NCBI GenBank assembly: GCA_964448115.1
Contig: CAYUVA010000002.1
Coordinates: 1-64,000 of the forward strand
Source: an uncultured bacterium
Lineage (GTDB): Bacteria > CAYUVA01
DNA: 64,000 bases
Reading direction: 5' to 3'
Notes under the pieces: generated by a model
Seen by the model: the letters and a program-made list of their open reading frames with translations, nothing else
The model's database searches: none
Told to the model about the DNA's origin: nothing
Made by a program: the position numbers and the translations under genes
In this document: positions 58,966-64,000 of the stretch, piece after piece
Layout of the letters: each line of letters starts with the position of its first letter
Numbering within the stretch: position 1 is the stretch's first letter

Positions 58966-59796
58966 ATGTATCAGCAAAGAACAATACGAGAAAAGGTTTC
59001 CTTTGAGGGGATCGGAATCCATACTGGCGATTGCGCTACGGTCGAAGTACTCCCAGCCGACCTGGACTGGGGAATAAGCATTGAATGCAAGGGAAAAGAA
59101 CCGAATCGCAACCAACTGTTTCCAGATCTTGTATATGAGGTCGTAAATTCGACAGATATTCTAATTGGCAATAAAACCATTTGCACGGTGGAGCATCTAC
59201 TCTCAGCCCTTACTGGTCTGGGAATAAGCAATGCAAGGATCGTAATCGATGGAAAAGAGATACCCTATTATGATGGCAGCGCACTTTATTTTATCAATGA
59301 GGTGAGAAAGGTCGGAATCATCGACCAGCCAGGATATCTGGAACCGATAATCATTACCGAAGCCATCGAATGTCAACACGAGGATAAAAAGATCATCGCA
59401 TCTCCCTCTAATGATCTTCATATTGAGTACCATATCGACTTTCCTACAACCTTCATCGGCAGACAGAGTCTCGATATGGTAATCAAGCCAGACAATTATG
59501 CTAAACAAATTGCACCAGCAAGATCTTTTATCACCGAGGATCAAGTCCAATCGCTGCTCGATTCAGGCAAAGCCAGGGGGGGAGATATCGAAAGTGCGGT
59601 AATACTTGGAAAGACAGGGCTTCTATATGGCAAACAGCTTCGCTTTTTCGATGAGCCGGTGCGCCATAAGATCCTGGATTTAATTGGAGATCTGACTTTG
59701 CTTGGAAAACCAGTACAAGGGCATTTCAAGGTGCTAAAAGGAGGTCATGCGTTGCATAACTCGATGGTTAGAGAGATCGCCAGGCGATATCTTTAG
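58966..59796 (+). CDS. lpxC: UDP-3-O-acyl-N-acetylglucosamine deacetylase
   Basis: QRTI...GIGIHTG, TVEHLLSAL, HKILDLIGDL, GGH. Confidence 0.93.
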   Translation: MYQQRTIREKVSFEGIGIHTGDCATVEVLPADLDWGISIECKGKEPNRNQLFPDLVYEVVNSTDILIGNKTICTVEHLLSALTGLGISNARIVIDGKEIPYYDGSALYFINEVRKVGIIDQPGYLEPIIITEAIECQHEDKKIIASPSNDLHIEYHIDFPTTFIGRQSLDMVIKPDNYAKQIAPARSFITEDQVQSLLDSGKARGGDIESAVILGKTGLLYGKQLRFFDEPVRHKILDLIGDLTLLGKPVQGHFKVLKGGHALHNSMVREIARRYL

Positions 59797-59845
59797 CCCA
59801 ATTTGCCCCGCCTCATGCAATCTTCTGATATAATCAAAACACAAG

Positions 59846-61315
59846 GTGCAAGAATCGAAGCGACAAGGGGATGTAATTGCCATCTTAGCTATCATCCTCA
59901 TGGGGGTTAGTGGAGCACTGGGATATTTCTTTTATGGATCGATAGTCCAACAGGGTCCCGGTTTTCCGCTAGATGATGCTTATATCCACCTGGTAATCGG
60001 AGGGAATCTTCTGCGGTGGCACCTTGGATTCAATCCAGATGAACCGGCAGCAGCCAGCACCTCCATCCCCTGGAGCTATCTTGTTGGAATGATGGAGAAA
60101 GCCTTTGGGGGAAAGGTTTTCATCGCCTTGGTTATTTTCAATGGTATTTTGCTTGGATTGTGCGGTTTTTTAGTGATCTCCATGATCGAGCCTTCGTCTG
60201 GTCGTCTGGTTCGTTTTTTAGGCGGTTTGATGACAGTTCTGAGCTGGCGTCTGCTGTGGGCTTGTGGCTCCGGGATGGAGACCATGCTGTTCACTTTGGC
60301 TGTGATCTTGGCTGTTTATATTTATCAAAAGTATGACAATATGATCCTGGTTGGATTTACTATGGGACTTTGCGGCATTATTCGTCCCGAGGGTTTATTG
60401 GTATTAGGCGCCCTAGTTTTCACTGAGCTGATTAGACACAAATTGAACAAGCCACAATCGAATTATAAAGGATTTGCCAAGCGAATAATGACCATAGCCA
60501 GTCTATTTCTAATCATCAACCTGCCGGTTTGGCTCCTAAATTACCTTGCAGGTGGTCATATATTCCCAAATACAATGGGTGCCAAGCTAGGAACTTTCAC
60601 TAGTCATAGGATTAAGTTCATTTTTCAGTTGCTACTCGATCTACTCCCACTCGGACTGATAACACTTCCAATTGTAGTCCTTGGATTATACACCAAACTC
60701 AAAGAGCGCTCTCAGGGGTGGGCTTGCATCCTGTTTTCATCGATATGGATCATTTTACATATCAGCGCATTCTTCATGTTTTTACCGGGCACCTACCAGC
60801 ATCTGCGTTACCTGATGCCGATATTACCCGCTTATATTTGGCTGCTCTTTTCTGGAATCTCTTATTTCAGTGTCCGGGATACTATCAAATTCGGAGTCAT
60901 CTTCTTACTTCTGGTATTTAACTTTACAACTGTAATAAACGGAGCGCTTGTTTATGCCTCCAATCTGCGTAATGTAAATGAGCTTCAAGTCAGGGCTGCT
61001 TTATGGATCGACCATCACCTACCGGCGACTGAAATTATCGCAGCCGATGATATCGGAGCCTTGGGATACTATACCGATAACTACATACTGGATCTGAGAG
61101 GATTACTTGGGCAAGGGGTAAATGCAACCTTTGATAAACCTTTACAAATCTCGGCTATGCTTTCACAGAAGAATGTATCTTATCTGTGTATCTATCCTGA
61201 ATTTCATACCGAGCTATTGGACATGCTACCTAGGAAGGTTCTTGTTGCAACCTGGCAGGTCGAGAACAACAGCATTTCCGCAGGCAAAAAGCTCTGTATG
61301 TTTAGTCTTGAGTAA
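59846..61315 (+). CDS. GT-C-like membrane glycosyltransferase
   Basis: LDDAYIH, SGMET, RPEG, RYLMP, DIGALGY. Confidence 0.75.
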   Translation: MQESKRQGDVIAILAIILMGVSGALGYFFYGSIVQQGPGFPLDDAYIHLVIGGNLLRWHLGFNPDEPAAASTSIPWSYLVGMMEKAFGGKVFIALVIFNGILLGLCGFLVISMIEPSSGRLVRFLGGLMTVLSWRLLWACGSGMETMLFTLAVILAVYIYQKYDNMILVGFTMGLCGIIRPEGLLVLGALVFTELIRHKLNKPQSNYKGFAKRIMTIASLFLIINLPVWLLNYLAGGHIFPNTMGAKLGTFTSHRIKFIFQLLLDLLPLGLITLPIVVLGLYTKLKERSQGWACILFSSIWIILHISAFFMFLPGTYQHLRYLMPILPAYIWLLFSGISYFSVRDTIKFGVIFLLLVFNFTTVINGALVYASNLRNVNELQVRAALWIDHHLPATEIIAADDIGALGYYTDNYILDLRGLLGQGVNATFDKPLQISAMLSQKNVSYLCIYPEFHTELLDMLPRKVLVATWQVENNSISAGKKLCMFSLE

Positions 61316-61472
61316 CTAAAAAAGGTCTGCCAGATAAGTCTGAGAATCAAGTTATCGTCCTTTTATTAGCATCTCAGCAATGGTTTGATATTGCTTTTTG
61401 ATGTGTATTTATAATAGCATTATATCATGGAATAAAGAAATGATATCGTTATTATGAGAGAAACGATCTGCT

Positions 61473-62369
61473 ATGGAGAATTCAAACAATCTTGATCGAT
61501 ACTTCGAGCTGTTCCAGGATATATTGGAGGATCATAGCTCAGGCTCTAGCATCCTTATGAAAAAGATTTTACAGAGCCTGTGGAAGGTGATCTGGAATGC
61601 CAAGGTCAATCCCAAGGAGAACCTTATTGAGGTAATAAACTTTCTTACCGCAAAGCTGACCAAAGCACTGCCGCAGATGGCGCCGATTTACTACCTGAAG
61701 GACAAACTGGAACAGATCTATTCTACTGTAAAGCACTATGATAAAGCTGTCGATGAATTCCTGGTATTCATTGAGGAATACAGTAAACGACTATCCAACA
61801 TAGGTCGAAATATAGGAGAAAACTTCATCGAGACGGCACAAAAGCTAGATTCAATAATGACCATAAGCTACTCCGGCACCGTCTTCGAGGTACTGGCTTA
61901 CTGCAAAAGAAACAATGGCTTCAATGGCAAGGTTTTTTGTGCAGAGTCCAGACCTGTCCTGGAAGGAAGGATAATGGCAGAGAAACTCACCAATCTTGAA
62001 ATTCAAACCACCCTTATTACTGATGCCTCCATAGCCAAGTATATCTCAGAATGCCAGGCGGTTCTCATAGGTGCCGATCGCATGGAGCCAGGCAAGATAA
62101 TAAATAAGACAGGCTCGCTCCCCTTGGCTATCTGCGCTAACTACTTCGTGGTGCCAGTTTATGTTTTGGTTACTGAAGATAAGATCCTGACCAGTAATCT
62201 CGTGGTTGATGAAACCGAGCATCCGATAAAAGAGGTCTGGGAGAATCCACCAGATGGGATACAGATAAGAAACCACTACTTTGAGGCTGTTCCCTTCAAT
62301 CTAATCGATTTTATCGCCTGTGAAAGGGGAATCCTTAATCCATCAAAGCTGCTAATGGATCTCTCATAA
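61473..62369 (+). CDS. eIF2B/MtnA/RBPI superfamily protein
   Basis: ESRPVLEG, IGADR, INKTGS, RNHYFE, ACERG. Confidence 0.85.
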   Translation: MENSNNLDRYFELFQDILEDHSSGSSILMKKILQSLWKVIWNAKVNPKENLIEVINFLTAKLTKALPQMAPIYYLKDKLEQIYSTVKHYDKAVDEFLVFIEEYSKRLSNIGRNIGENFIETAQKLDSIMTISYSGTVFEVLAYCKRNNGFNGKVFCAESRPVLEGRIMAEKLTNLEIQTTLITDASIAKYISECQAVLIGADRMEPGKIINKTGSLPLAICANYFVVPVYVLVTEDKILTSNLVVDETEHPIKEVWENPPDGIQIRNHYFEAVPFNLIDFIACERGILNPSKLLMDLS

Positions 62370-62483
62370 TTGTCTGGTTGGTTAGTTTCTGGTTGATTAG
62401 TTTCTGGTTGAATAGTTGTTTAGTTGTTTAGTTTCTAATTGATTAGGTGCTTAGTTGAATAATTAGCTGGTGGCTGTGGTTGA
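62370..62483 (+). repeat. G/T-rich short tandem repeats between convergent genes
   Basis: TTAGTTTCTGGTTGA x2 (62382-62411) and TAGTTGTT x2. Confidence 0.7.
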
Positions 62484-64000
62484 CTAGTTTGAGAACAAAG
62501 AAGCTCCCCCAAGCAGGTACTTGATATCCTCGTCTGTATAGATAAAGCCAGCTCCTATATAGATATTATCTTGCTTTGTTTGCAGGAAATCGTCCCATCC
62601 GAAGTGAATAAAGAAATTGCGGTGCGGATATATGCGGCTATCAAGTCTTAAATGAGCCTCCATGTCCTCCCTGCCGAAGTCGAAGCCGTCTAGTGAAACC
62701 ATCCAATGACCAGCAAACAAATTAAGATCGACCCCAAAACCGCCTGTGGACTCGATCAATCCCCCACGCAGCGTAAAATAGCCGAACTCCTTTGCCAGTT
62801 GAGCAGTGATCTTGAAGCGGCTCTCCACCTTGTGCTGATGGGTGTATTCGGTAACCTCAGATCCATCGATGGTGGTGGTAGTTGTAATTTCGGTATCCTT
62901 TACATACCCGAAGGGATCATCGACCACCTCGAGCAGGAAATACTTGTCCTCTCTGGGGAGAAACTTGAGGGTTACATAGCTCTTTATCTCCTCAGCATCG
63001 GTAAAGTACTCGGATCTGAAGCCGAGGTCGGTTCGAAAGCGCTCCAGCCTACCGAATAGTCGCTTGGCTGTGCCCAGGGTCTCATCGAGGCTATCCATTG
63101 TGCTGTTCAGCTTGCGCACCGTGTAGTCATCGTTGATCAGTTTTCCTATGGTCCCCTCACCCTGGTCTATCTTGCTGGCAACGCTCTTTACCTTTGAGAC
63201 TGTATCCTTTAACTCGGCGGCAGCGACCTTGACATCATCGACCGCCTTGCCCACCTTGTCTTGATTCTCGGTTATTATTCGATCCAGCTTTTCAGAGATA
63301 TTATCTAATTTAGCGAGTAATTCTGGAAGATTGGCTCGCAGATCCGCTGAGATAACCTCGATATTTCCGATGGAATTATCAACCTTTTCTCTATTAGCTC
63401 CTATAGCATCGCGAAGCTCACCGGAGATTGCTCGAATATTTTCCATTGCCTCTACAAAGTCTTGTCTGCTCGATTCCACGGTTACATCGAGGTTCCTTGC
63501 GGCATTCTCGATATGTTCTATTATGCTAGCGAGTGATGCCTGTCCTTCCTGGGTGCCGATGGTCAGCCTCAGGCTCTCGGTGATCGCCTTTATGTCCTTG
63601 CCAAGGCTGTTCATCGAATCGACCATCATATCGATGCTGATCGGCTCAATGCCATTGATACTATCCCCCTCGCCGAGTATCCTTCCATCGGGCTTTCCTG
63701 GACTAATTTCTATATACTTTTCACCCATCAATCCAAGTGATGCTATGGTGGCAGTAGCGCCCTCTCTTATAGCTACATCCGGCAGGATTCTCATAGTAAC
63801 AATTGGAATAGATTCCTCGAGCACGATGTTTATCACCTCGCCGCTTCGCACCCCGGAGACACGCACCTGGGCGCCTACTTCAAGCCCGATTACAGTGGGG
63901 AATTTGACGGACAAGTTATACCCCTCCTTCTTCCAGGGGGGTTGCAGGTAGCCGACCTGGACGGCAAGATAAGCGAAGACAGCAATGGCGATGATCACTA
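62484..64000 (-). CDS. MlaD/MCE family protein with long coiled coil and beta-rich C-terminus, 5'-truncated
   Basis: GLEVGAQVRVSGV..GEV, GLMGEKYIEISPG, GEGTIGKLIND. Confidence 0.9.
   Translation of the reverse strand, partial: VIIAIAVFAYLAVQVGYLQPPWKKEGYNLSVKFPTVIGLEVGAQVRVSGVRSGEVINIVLEESIPIVTMRILPDVAIREGATATIASLGLMGEKYIEISPGKPDGRILGEGDSINGIEPISIDMMVDSMNSLGKDIKAITESLRLTIGTQEGQASLASIIEHIENAARNLDVTVESSRQDFVEAMENIRAISGELRDAIGANREKVDNSIGNIEVISADLRANLPELLAKLDNISEKLDRIITENQDKVGKAVDDVKVAAAELKDTVSKVKSVASKIDQGEGTIGKLINDDYTVRKLNSTMDSLDETLGTAKRLFGRLERFRTDLGFRSEYFTDAEEIKSYVTLKFLPREDKYFLLEVVDDPFGYVKDTEITTTTTIDGSEVTEYTHQHKVESRFKITAQLAKEFGYFTLRGGLIESTGGFGVDLNLFAGHWMVSLDGFDFGREDMEAHLRLDSRIYPHRNFFIHFGWDDFLQTKQDNIYIGAGFIYTDEDIKYLLGGASLFSN

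Overview
A ~64 kb chromosomal window from a diderm bacterium (lpxC, lnt, mlaD, OM beta-barrels) using the standard genetic code, probably an uncultured anaerobic lineage. Housekeeping genes include argS, dnaJ, miaB, lpxC, lnt, tldD/pmbA, a ppx/gppA-family gene, tRNA-Ile2(CAT) and tRNA-Pro(CGG). They are interleaved with an unusually large cell-envelope set: seven GT-C-type membrane glycosyltransferases, a decaprenyl-phosphate phosphoribosyltransferase, a GT4 and a GHMP kinase. Most notable are two unrelated secreted proteins with Pro/Thr/Ser linkers that end in the same ~105-aa domain (LGGY...DxG..xD..GD..Y/F...W/FPYL; three copies), a candidate lineage-specific sorting/anchoring module. One of them carries about 11 prenyltransferase-type repeats. 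Other observations: (1) a decayed Tsp45I-like restriction-modification cassette whose inferred site GTSAC is nearly absent from the window; (2) an atypical pentapeptide-kinase-FGE fusion; (3) a J-domain with NPD in place of HPD; (4) a MoaD-like gene in frame with a GT4 that lacks a canonical start; (5) a MITE/REP-like element and dispersed short intergenic repeats. All family assignments come from motif recognition by eye; no searches were run.
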